A stretch of 62,033 bases of DNA, filler included, from Dugesia japonica (taxonomy: Eukaryota), in the NCBI GenBank assembly GCA_001938525.1. It is 6 parts of 6 records of this genome, joined end to end, with 100 filler letters (N's around TTAATTAATTAA, not from the genome) between each part and the next. Parts side by side here need not be neighbours in the genome. Positions count along the whole stretch, not along the records: positions 45,364 to 53,861 come from MQRL01620951.1; positions 53,962 to 62,033 come from MQRL01451486.1; 4 more parts are not named here. The stretch is one strand, 5' to 3'. Positions 51,238-62,033 of the stretch are shown here, piece after piece. The position numbers and the translations under genes are program-made. The notes below the pieces were generated by a model. It saw only the letters and a list, made by a program, of their open reading frames with translations, had not been told where the DNA came from and ran no database searches. Each line of letters begins with the position of its first letter. The first letter of the stretch is position 1.

Positions 51238-51528
51238 TTAGTTTTCAATATTATTCAATAATTCGATAATTCTTCTTTGGATTGAATCATTGGAAAGCTG
51301 AAGAGTTTGAATCTTGCTTCCAGCCGTCTGCTCTAATACTTTTGAACAAATTTCTATCAAACACGGTTTTATTAGGTCTTGAGCAATTGAATATGGTTTC
51401 TTGCATTTGGTAATATACCATACTACCAAATATGATTCTTTTACTAATAATTTATCAGCAACAAACCATTTAAAAAAAAGGATTTTGTTTTTGTTAATTC
51501 TAGACTTTTTTAAATAACAAAATTTCAA
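51238..51528 (-). mobile_element. hAT (Charlie/Buster, ZBED5-like) transposase fragment
   Basis: ESYLVVWYITKCKKPYSIAQDLIKPCL...LQLSNDSIQRRI. Confidence 0.82.
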
Positions 51529-51858
51529 AAATCTTTCTTTAAACTAATTATGTTGAATTAGCTTATTTTTTTTCAGGAATTAATTTAATAAAACTTCAAG
51601 ACAAATTAAAAATTGTGTTTGTAGTAAATTTTCATCAGATAAATAATAAATCCAAATTTTAAATAGTCAAACTTATATTTAAGTGTAACTTTATTTTTGT
51701 TCGTTATGGACGACACATAATATCGCAAATCAACATCTTCGTCTTTTATATTGATATTACTGACGGATCTGGAGTTTGATTTTTAAATTTTGTTGAATTT
51801 TTCTGTTGGTATTAACAAAAAAATGAAAAATATTGTTATTTAAAGTCGATCAATTCTA

Positions 51859-53101
51859 CAAGGTGTCTCATAAGTATTCATACATAGGTAAAAATTATAA
51901 AAATAATCATTAAAAAATTCATCAAATGTTAATGATTTATAAAAATTTCAGATAATTATGCCATTGTTTTAATTTTCCTGAAGTTTGAAAAAGTAAAAAA
52001 TTTTTATGGAAGCCTTTTTAATTAAAACTATCATTTATATTTACAGTATCCTAAAAAATGTGTTTAAATAAAGAACAACAAATTGAAATAATACTGAAGA
52101 CCGGTTCAAGAAGCAGTTGGTAGGTTGCTTTGGAATTTCACAGAAAACATGGTACGAGCATCACGCACGATACTATGGCAAAACGTATAAAAAAATTCAA
52201 AAAAACTAAAAGTATTATCGACAAACGAGATTTTGTCAAAGATGGTAAAGCACGTGCAATGCAACGGTTGACGGCAGATCGAGTATTAGTTGCATTTTTA
52301 CAACCAAAAAAGAGCATCCATACAGATTGCAAGTAGTGCAGCATATGAATGAAAATGACCTGGATAAAAGAATGAAATTCTGTCAATGGGTATTTAGCGA
52401 AATGAAGAATGATTCAAATATGACAAACAAGATCTTGCTTACTGATGAATCAAAATTTTAAATAATTGGAGAAGCTACTCGGCCAAATCTACGCTTTTAG
52501 GGTAATGCTAACACTCACTGGATCTGTCTGAAGAGGATACAAGGTGTCCCTAAAGTGATGGTGTGAACCGGAATATGTAATAACAAAATTATCAAAGCAT
52601 TTTCGTTGGTGGAAATATGAATAGTAACAAGTACCTCGAGATGTTGCAAAAAGATATTTTTCCATCCATGCTATTTGAGGATGGCAACTTCCCACCTTAC
52701 TTTCGACATGATGGAGTTTCACATCGTTATTGTGCGCACTTACGTCAATGTTTACATCAGCAGCTTCCAGATGCTTGGATAGGTCGACTTAGTTCTGTGG
52801 AATGACCTGCCAGATCTCCCGATCTCAGCCCATTAGAGTTTTATCTTTTTGGCTATTTGAAGGCCATTGTGTATCAGGAAAAGATTCGAAACATAAATCA
52901 TCTCAAAGAACGGATCACTATTTATTTTACAAACATAACTACAGTTGTGCTTAAATGTGTTTTTCAGTAGTGGATAATGAGCCTTAAAATGTGTTTCCAG
53001 AACAATGGTAGACACGTAGAGCATGTTATACAAATAAAAACGGCTTCCCTTTCTTTTTTATATTTATTTTTCACATGTATGGAAACTTATGATGCACGCT
53101 G
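51859..53101 (+). mobile_element. Full-length decayed Tc1/mariner-superfamily element
   Basis: TA-flanked imperfect TIRs CAAGGTGTCTCATAAGTATTCATACAT / ATGTATGGAAACTTATGATGCACGCTG. Motifs LTDESKF, FRHDGVSH, (W)PARSPDLSPLEFYLFGYLK. Confidence 0.9.
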
Positions 53102-53752
53102 TATAATTAATTTCTTTGTAGTAGAGGTTACATTAAAATCTTGAACTAAGATTATGTCATAATAATTAAGTTGAAATATTGTTCCAAATTTAAAAATGTT
53201 TTCGCGATCCAACTGTTGAGAAGTACTTATATAAAGAAAGAAGTTTTAAATTTATATAAAATTTGCAAATGACTTGAGATATTTGTTAAATATAACAAAA
53301 ATTTCTATGAAACTCAAAATTATCTGTTAATTCTATAAATTAAATAAAATTTTTGAATAGTAGAAAAAATAGAAAAATTCTCATTTTAAATATATTTAAA
53401 TAATTTACGAAATTTATTATTTCAAATTAATTATCTTGATGTAATAAATAACTTTCATCAAATTTCTGACAAGTAAATTCATCAACCGAATTATATACTA
53501 ATAAAAAAAACAGCAAAATTTATTAATTATAACATGCTACTATCACACATCAAATTTCAAAGAGAAAAAGAAAACATTTAATAAAAGACACGAAAACTAT
53601 TAGTTGAAATAAACAATTTCTCATCTAATTACTCACTGAGATGCTGTATCTATTCTGCTGATATTTATTGACATCACTTTCAGCCTATAAATTAGTTATT
53701 TTTCATGAATTTTTATTTTTTCTTTTTCATATTTAATTCAATCATTTATTAG

Positions 53753-53821
53753 ATTTTATTGACATGCAGGATTGTATTAAGAAAATCGCAGAATTTAATC
53801 TTACTCATGTTCAACTCATAG
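53753..53821 (+). CDS. Isolated host exon, possibly nuclear-receptor ligand-binding domain
   Basis: AG/GT-bounded 69-nt phase 1-1 exon FIDMQDCIKKIAEFNLTHVQLI resembles NR LBD helices 7-8. Single exon next to a gap. Confidence 0.35.
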   Translation: MLLTCRIVLRKSQNLILLMFNS

Positions 53822-53827
53822 GTAATG

Positions 53828-53861
<34 letters not shown>

Positions 53862-54569
53862 NNNNNNNNNNNNNNNNNNNNNNNNNNNNNNNNNNNNNNN
53901 NNNNNTTAATTAATTAANNNNNNNNNNNNNNNNNNNNNNNNNNNNNNNNNNNNNNNNNNNNTTATCAACAGAGTTTTTCGTTAAAGTTTTATTGATTTTA
54001 ACTAATTTCTGTCGAAAAATTATGACATCTTTTATAGAAAATTTAAACAACTATTTCGATAAAAATATTTCAACTTTTTTAATTTTCTTTTTTTCTTTTT
54101 ATTTAAATTTTAACTTTGAATTTAATTTTTATAATTTTTTATTTAATAATTTTAGAAAAAATTTAAGTGCAAATTTCAAATCAATTTAGGTTTAAAATAT
54201 ATTCAAAAATTAAAATTAAATATCTAAATTAAAAGAATTCAAATTTAAATCTATTTTTTTAATAAAAGCATTCCGAAATGTATTTTTAAAAAATTATGCC
54301 AAATTGAAAATTTTAAACACTAAAATAACTTACAAACACAAACTATCGAATCAAAATTTAATTATTAAATGTTTAATAGTTTTGCTTATCAATATATTTT
54401 CTATAATTGATTACTACATGGTATTCAATTGAAAACCGAACTGCTTGTATAAATGCTAGAATTTAATGTTTTAAATTTAAATAACTTATATTATGAGTTA
54501 TTCTTGCTTTAATACTCTGTTAAATTACCTATCCGTTTAAACTTAAAAAATGTTACATGCTTTTATTTT

Positions 54570-56329
54570 AGAATGTAGAACATTAGAATGTTGTTTTCGT
54601 AATGGAAAATTAACTATAGCTAGAAGATGACTGTATTCCTATGACGAATGTATTGCACATTTTGTACACAGACTTCATAAAGATGGCTATCCTTCTAAAT
54701 CAACTGTGAACGCATGTAAATTAACACGCTTTTAACCAACTTTCTAAGTCCCTGACAGAAAGCATCTAGATATAGTATAACGACTAACTAAAAAAGTGCA
54801 TGAAAATATTCGGAGCAGATTGACAGATAGTGCTACCAAATCTTTAAGACGTCTCTCGAATAAAACCGGGCAATCTATTGGAACATACCACATGGCTGTG
54901 CGCAAAATATTAAATATGTATCGCTATAAAACTTAGTGTTTGCAAGAGTTGTGTGAACGTGATTTTAATTATTGAAATTACATTATTGTAATTAGTTTCA
55001 AAAGAATATGACGTATGAACAATTAAGTTAAACTTTCTTTTCAGATAAGGCATGGATAATTTTGTCCGGATACGTTCATGCTCAAAACAGTCGACACTGT
55101 AGCACTGTTAATCATCATATGTTTATTAAATCCCCACTATTTGCTAATAAAAATTGGAATTTGGGTAGTAAATTAACCTCGTGAAATTATGGGACCAATA
55201 TTATTTAGTTGTGTATTAAATATACGACGATGCTGTGACATCATTGATGATTTCGTATGTCAATTAAGAGCTTATCAGCAAATGCACTGTTGGTTTCAAC
55301 AGGACTTGACGACTTTCCATACTAGTAAAATTACGATGCAGCATCCTAGAAGAAACTTTCATGGCCGCATTATTAATAAGAGCGTGTGGTCGCCAAGATC
55401 ACTTGACTTAAGTCCACTTGATTATTTCTTTTTTGAATCCCTGAAAAATAGAGTATTTCATAAAAATCCTCATACTTGAATTGAATCTCAAGAATATGTA
55501 ATGCAACGTATCAATGAAGTTTAGGGGTGCCAGGTATCCGGTTTTGAACCGGATTGTCCGTTAATTCAACTGCTTGGCCGGTGGGAAAAAATAGAAGGAC
55601 ATGACGTACATTTGTCCGGTATTCCTTCCAACGGTTCAAAAATTTTTAAATTTAAACTTTCTTTACCTCCGTAGGCTATGAAAAATTCTATTTTATAAAA
55701 ATTATAGTTTAATATGTTAAATATTAAAGTATTATTTAAATGGAGACACTTGAAGGAACATCTTCTCTTGAAAAGTGGAACTATTTTTTTCAAAAAATAC
55801 CTGTCTTTTCGTCTTTTCGATTCCAGTTTGGAATGCGAATGTTGAAAGGATTTTTAGCGTAATGGGCAGTCTATGGACCAAAGAACGTAATCGAATGTCG
55901 TTGAATTTAGGTAAAAGCGAACTTTGTATCTTCTTTAATATTCCTTATATATGTCAAAATGTAAGAGAAATATTTTCTAAAAATATAAAAGTGCTAAAAG
56001 CTACTTGCCAAAATGAAAAATATAAAAAAAATAAAAAAGCATAGTTTTATTTAAAAAAGTTTCATTTTAAAATTTTGTCCGGTATTTTTTACGGTTTTAC
56101 CTGGCAATCGTAATGAAGTTAATCATGATATTCTACAAAAGGTTTTCACTAACATGCGTAAGAGTTTCTGCTTGTATTCTACAATGTGGAGGCCATTTTC
56201 AAAATTTATTGTAACTAGTTGCATTATTATGGATTTCTAATTATCATGTAAATATAATGTTAGTGATATTTGAAATTTATGCTAAATTATATATATCAAG
56301 GAGTTCAGTTTTCAATTGACCACTCTGTA
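54570..56329 (+). mobile_element. Decayed Tc1/mariner-superfamily element interrupted by a hAT insertion
   Basis: FFSDKAW, WFQQDLTTFH, WSPRSLDLSPLDYFFFESLKNRVF; right end ...CCACTCTG-TA. Confidence 0.82.
55522..56112 (+). mobile_element. Short non-autonomous hAT element retaining the dimerization domain
   Basis: TAGGGGTGCCAGGTA...TACCTGGCAATCGTA termini; perfect 8-bp TSD ATGAAGTT; FSIPVWNANVERIFSVMGSLWTKERNRM. Confidence 0.92.
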
Positions 56330-56475
56330 TTTAGCGAGTCTAAGAAGATGACAGTATAATTTAAAAGACTTTTAGTATCCATAAATTTATTAATAAAGTG
56401 AAAGCAAAAGCATTAAATTTTCTATTTCTAACAAATTAAACAGAGCCAAATAATGTAAAATTCAACTTCAATTTG

Positions 56476-56688
56476 ATTAAAATAAAGAAAAAGCTTCGAT
56501 CAAAATAAAATGTATTTGTAAAAAAAAGTTCAAATTTTCGACAAAGAAGACTGTAGTCGAAAATTTGAACTTTTTTACAAATACATTTTTTTTGATCGAA
56601 GCTTTTTCTTTATTTTAATGAAATCTAAAATGCAATCAATGGTTAAGTCCAACAATTATTNTCACAATAATTGTAATTATAAAATTTA
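56476..56688. repeat. Foldback/palindromic MITE, copy A
   Basis: ~65-bp near-perfect arms around the loop AAAGAAGACTGTA, plus an outer motif GGTTAAGTCCAACAATTATT on the right. Confidence 0.85.
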
Positions 56689-58199
56689 ATTTTCAAGATT
56701 CATTTTTACAATTTCCGCTTTTTAATATTTCTGATTTTATTTACGAAAATAATATTGCAATAAAATTTTAATTTACTCTTTATTTTACAAACAATTGATT
56801 TTTTACCATATTTTAAAAAACATACTATATCTGTCCGGAAATACGGTATACATTTGGATTTTTGGCAATTATAAGCGATATCGTGTTCGCAGGAGGCTAT
56901 AGATATTTCAGAGGCAGCGTTGAAATAAAAACTCTTCATTATATCGTGTACTTCTAAATACATTATGTTGATTTATTGTTTTTAGTAAATGTATAGTACA
57001 TATTATATACCATATATATCCTGGCAAAATAAAAATATTGTCATCATAGTGTTTTTAACAATTTAATTTGATTTATTTTCTATTTATTTAAGTTAATTAA
57101 TTTTCAAAATTTTAAAAATCGACATTGAAATCTTAACAAAATTAAATCTACCATTAATCAATTATTACAATTTCAATAATTGATTTTGTTGAATTTTTAA
57201 TAAGTAAGTTTAAAAATGATGAATTCATAACTTATTGAATTGCATGATTGGATTAATAAATTCATGATCGATTTGAAATAAAAACAAAAGCACCACTTAT
57301 TGTGATTATGTTTTTCAACTTGTAATTGATCATATTAAACGGAGATTCTAATGGCCGAAAATTGAAAATATTAAATCCAAATTATCGTTTTGGAACGGTT
57401 TTTTTGAATTTGATTGCATAACGTGGTTGAATCTAATAACCAGTGATCACAATAAGTGGCGTTTACTGTAATTAATTTTTGATTTCAGCTAATTTCGCCG
57501 TAACTTGTCTGAATTAGGTAAAATTCATACAGTGAAGTATCAGAGTAATATCGCTATTGGAGTTAGCTTTATTATTTTCTTTCATTTTAAATAATACTTG
57601 TTGAATAAACCTAATAAGAAATATTTTGTTATTTAAATTTGAGACTGGTAGAAACTGATCTTTTATTTATTTTCCAACTGATTTCTTTATGATTGATTCC
57701 ATTAATTTCACAGATCTTTAAGTAAATAATTTTTTATAAAATTTAACTTGATTCCTTGAATTAGACATTTCTTCTATTCTCATTCTGTAAAACATGCATG
57801 GTTTTATACAGAAATTTACACCAGGCTAGAACGTTAGACCATCCAGGGTAGCATTTAAAAAAATTAAGGCAAGATCCAGGTGCGATCCAAAGGCAATTAC
57901 TCAAGTGCATGCTATCTCCCCCAAAAGTTGACTGGTTATAACATAATATGGAATTTTAAGGTCATAATTTGATTGGTTAAAGAGCGTCATTAATAATTTA
58001 AATAAATGGGTCCATAATGTCCATTTATGGAAATTAAATCTATTTCTGCTATACTATAATGTTGGATATTATTAAGTGAAAAAAGTAGCTAAATCTGTTT
58101 TTCTATCCTAAAGCCAGATACTTAGATACTTACCAATGTAAAATACCAATTTATTACACAGATTAATTCAAACATGAATTCATCAAAGAAACGTGAATA

Positions 58200-59450
58200 C
58201 TAAGTTTCCAGAGAGTAATTTACAAGTTACAATAACATTCGGCATGGCTTAGAAAACTATTGATTATAAATTTCATCAAAAAATTTCACATCCGGAACGT
58301 TGGGATCTTCAAATAAAATCCGAAGTAAATGATCTCGGTGAATAAGTAATAAACGATTACGTTCAGCACAGATAATTCTGTTGAGGGCACTAAAAGAACT
58401 TTTAACTGCAACTGTTCCCAATGGTAGTAATAAATATATCGTCACTAGTTTGCAAAATTGTGGGAACACAACTGAATTTGTATTGTAAATTAAATCTATC
58501 ATTACTTGCCTATCAGATTTGAAGGAATAAAGATAAAACAATCTACGAAACATTTCTGCTTCATCTAGTAACTCTGATTGGTTAATAAAAGGTGGTAGAT
58601 GCTTTACAACATTAGCCATATCAGAACTGTCTATAAACGAGGGATCAAACGAAAAATAAGTATGTATCAAGCTTACAGCATCATTGCTGAAGCGAATGTT
58701 TAAATTTTAAACAAAGAATTTGAGAAACTGTTGTAAGGATTTCAATATATCTTTCAAGGAATCAGGTTCACCATTAATAAACAACCACTTTTGAGGCACT
58801 GTACTACCAATGCTTCGGTTTGTCTAGCAGTATCACATTGTTTACTATCAGTACAATAACCGCATAGATAATTAATAATTTTTTTGGCAAGAGGAATAAC
58901 TTGTGACAGATCACTTGTCAAAGACTGTAACATCCTGCTAGGTTCTCCTAATCGTATTAGTATATCATAAATAACGAAAAAACTAAATATGGTTGAAGAT
59001 TTTCTGAACTCAATCAGAATACCATCAGAGGTTGAAACGTAGTGTCCGCTAATACATGAATAGGTTCCAGTGTAGCAATTGCAGTTGGATAAATTTTAAG
59101 CATGCGTTTCACACAAGATTCATATACCAACCAGCAAATGGCTGCTGGTTCTTCCGGTTTTAAAATAGGAATTTTTAACCATTTTTCCATCTCTCTTGGT
59201 TCTCCAGTTCTTTTTGAAAAATTTTTAGAAAATAATTTATAGAAGGAGCCTAGCATATATTTGACACTTTTTACTACCACATGCATTCTGAATCACCAGT
59301 TGTAGTCCGAGTGCAAAATCTGCTTTTCAACAATTCCTGAACGCCGCTCTCTGAACAAAAAATTTTCTAATAGCCATTTAGATTGATAGTTTATGACTAT
59401 GGCAGTGTACATACACAGCCCGAATGCAAAGTCTGCTTTTCAACAATCAT
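58200..59450 (-). mobile_element. hAT (ZMYM1-like) transposase pseudogene
   Basis: AVYVHCHSHKL; VFPQFCKLVTIYLLLPLGTVAVKSSFSALNRI...RNRL. Confidence 0.82.
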
Positions 59451-60362
59451 TGAACTGACAAAAATGGCTTGAATGAAAATATTATTGATATTAAAAAATA
59501 ATTATGTCAAATGTGTGAGGGTTGGCAGTTCTGCCATCTGCAGTTTCGTTTATTAATATTGTTAATTGAACTTTACGCCTATGTAGCACAGTTGTTGCCA
59601 GGCACCAGAATGGGATCATGCTGAGAGTGAAAAGAATTATTTCAGTGTGGGTGTAAATAGCGCTCAGTGTAGATTTATCTCACCCTCATAGGGTATGTAG
59701 ATAAATCCTGAAAACATGGGTTCTCAAAGTGAGTACTGCTAAAGGTTACTCAATAAAGATATTAATATCAGTGTTTTAATGCAATTTTTAAAAATAAATT
59801 ATAAGATCCAAAAATGTTTTCATAGAGCCAAATGGCTCCACGATCAAAATAATTGGAGAATCCCTCCCAAAAGAATATTTATGAAAAAATATTGGAACAG
59901 TACAAATATTTATTAGCAAAATGTTAATGAGTTTTAAGACTTTCTTCTAGTATGTTGTTTTAGAATGAATTTATATCATATCTAATATGACGGAAATTTT
60001 TTTTATTTACATAACAGCAAGTTATTTCTCGATATAAAGTAAATAAATAAACTTTGTAATTACCGAATCGTAGTTACCCTTTGTTTATGTTTTCAATTGA
60101 TCAAATAATTCAAATTTTTTCAAGTTAATTTTTTAATTAAACATTTTTTGAAATTTTATTGTCAACATGTATCATTATTATTATAAAAAATCAATAAATT
60201 TCAATTTTTATATTAATTAAGTATTTATTTAGCTATAATTATAAAATAACAAATAAAATTAATAAAACAAAGAGATTAAAATTATTTTAAATAGAAAATA
60301 AATCATAAAAATAAACAATAACTACTTATCTAACATAAATCATTTTGAAATTAAACCATTGA

Positions 60363-60580
60363 TAAATTTTATAATTACAATAATTGCGAGAATAATTGTT
60401 GGACTTAACCATTGATCGCATTTGAGATTTCATTAAAGTAAAGTTTCGATCAAATTAAATTGTTGTTTTATAGATATTCAAATTTTCGACTCATTAAGAA
60501 GACAACAGCCGAAAATTTGAATATCTATAAAACAACAATTTAATTTGATGGAAGTTATTACTTTATTTTAATGAAATATC
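60363..60580. repeat. Foldback/palindromic MITE, copy B
   Basis: Outer motif GAGAATAATTGTTGGACTTAACC on the left, then a long hairpin. Fragments also at ~12875-12902, ~16950-17015 and ~17225-17260. Confidence 0.85.
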
Positions 60581-60910
60581 AATAAATTTACCCATAAATT
60601 TATAAAATTATAATGTAATTAAATTTTTGANAAATACAACAAATTTTATGTCAAATAATTAAACATTATTAATAATTTTACAAAATTTGAACAATATTTG
60701 AGGAATATTTCTGATTTAAAACATTAATAATAAGATTAAGTTGATCGAAAAGTAACTTTGGATTATTATGACTGGGGTTTACTCCTTGTTCGAAGTATAA
60801 AAGATTGTTTTAAATGATCAAATATCAATTTTAACAATTAATATTTGTAGTATCAACTATTTAAAGACTTGTTTTAATCTATCAAATATTTTTTAAGTGA
60901 TACATTTTAA

Positions 60911-61330
60911 ATGAATAGCGAAAAGTTACATTTCAGGCATGTAATATTATTTGTAAAGTAAAAATGCGGCCGTTTATGGAAATGATTTGGTGTCCGAACG
61001 TCAATGTCAAACTTGGTATTCCAAGTTTCATTCAGAAGTTTTTGATCTACAAAACAAGGAACGTTCTGGAAGACAAATGGGAACTAATTATGACAAGCTG
61101 ATTGATATAGCAAAGGAAAATTATCATTCAAAAACTGTCTATGTAATTCAATTGTACAGACCCACATAACTTTACAGAATGACTCGGTTATGTTCTAAAG
61201 TTTGATATTAGAATTCCTCACCTTCTAAAAGAAAGGGATCTAATTTAGCACGTTGACATCTGCGATTTGCTTCTAAAACGTGAAGAAAACGTTCCATTTT
61301 AAGAAAATCATAGCGGGTGTTGAGAAGTCA
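60911..61330 (+). mobile_element. mariner transposase N-terminal remnant
   Basis: MNSEKLHFRHVILF...VYGNDLVSERQCQTWYSKFHSEVFDLQNKERSGR; IPHLLKE. Confidence 0.85.
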
Positions 61331-62033
61331 ATCAGACCAGCAATTAATAAAACAGGTTCAAAGTTTAGATTCTAGAACACTAAACTACTGAAACACTTTG
61401 CCGGCGGGGGGAGGGGGTTGTTCCAGTGAGCTACTATCCCTCTACTTTCGTCCATTGAATTTGCAACGTTTTTAAAAGATGTCTACTATTGAAAATATCT
61501 TGTGTCACCCCTGTGACATAACCACAGCTACCCAGGACGTCGTAGCTAACAGTTTGAGAACCTTTGATTATTGATTACTGTGAAATTATTGGTATTTATA
61601 ATATATAATGGATATGTGACATCAATTATTCCACATTTTTACAAAATTTACTATTGAAACCTAGTTTATACTTAAATATAGAAAACTTGCATCTTTAATT
61701 AATAATTCTAATCTTTTTCAAGGATACATAATATGCATAAATAATTTCACGAAAGATTCACATGAATATTCCTTGCTATGATCATTTCTAATATTTTAGA
61801 TTATCGTGTCAGCAATAAAATCCTTTTTGTATGATTTTAGTATAGTATATAAATATTTTAATTCGCCAGTCTTTTATGGTATACATCAGGTTCTTCATGA
61901 TCTTCATCAGGTCGAATATTACTGCAGTAGTAGAAATAATCTATAACGCAATAATAGCATCAGAACTTATAACTAAATTAATAACTTAATCAAATTAAAA
62001 ATCTAAATGGTATTGTAGTTATCATCTCTTAAT

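Noticed and set aside
13712-53917. Recurrent TTAATTAATTAA palindrome (five copies)
   Set aside because: Always centred in N runs; it is an artificial six-frame-stop linker, so adjacency across these points has no biological meaning.
59575-59745. tRNA/SINE-like sequence (GTAGCACAGTTG A-box-like)
   Set aside because: No convincing B box or cloverleaf; too decayed to call.
61880-61912. CTGATGA on the minus strand as another hammerhead
   Set aside because: No stem II closure or GAAA core downstream.

Overview
Very AT-rich, repeat-dominated eukaryotic (animal) DNA. The (AAT)n tracts and 43-55 nt introns suggest a planarian-type genome, but this is inference only. The window is not one contiguous locus: five N-flanked TTAATTAATTAA spacers (13712, 22155, 31199, 45308, 53906) join about six pieces. 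Most of the sequence is decayed transposons: Gypsy LTR elements, hAT, Tc1/mariner, Tigger/pogo, MULE, Merlin, Penelope-like and MITEs. The only clearly intact host coding sequence is 3-4 exons of an MFS (oxalate:formate antiporter-like) transporter at 2972-5479. The main object of interest is a decaying endogenous Polinton/Maverick (adintovirus-like) virus at ~22211-29590. It encodes penton, a repeat-containing core-like protein, a GG/FLPLL amphipathic-peptide precursor, an A32 packaging ATPase, a parvovirus-type phospholipase A2 fused in frame to the integrase, a double-jelly-roll capsid and divergent accessory ORFs. It also carries a 51-aa Cys-rich antisense ORF that the ORF track missed. 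Other oddities: a peptide with synonymous-site conservation inside LTR-type sequences of two diverged elements, a tandem ubiquitin-like pseudogene, a gag/MIF4G junction, an orphan paralogue pair sharing an intron, a hammerhead ribozyme motif and foldback elements with co-varying arms. All family assignments come from motif recognition by eye; no searches were run.
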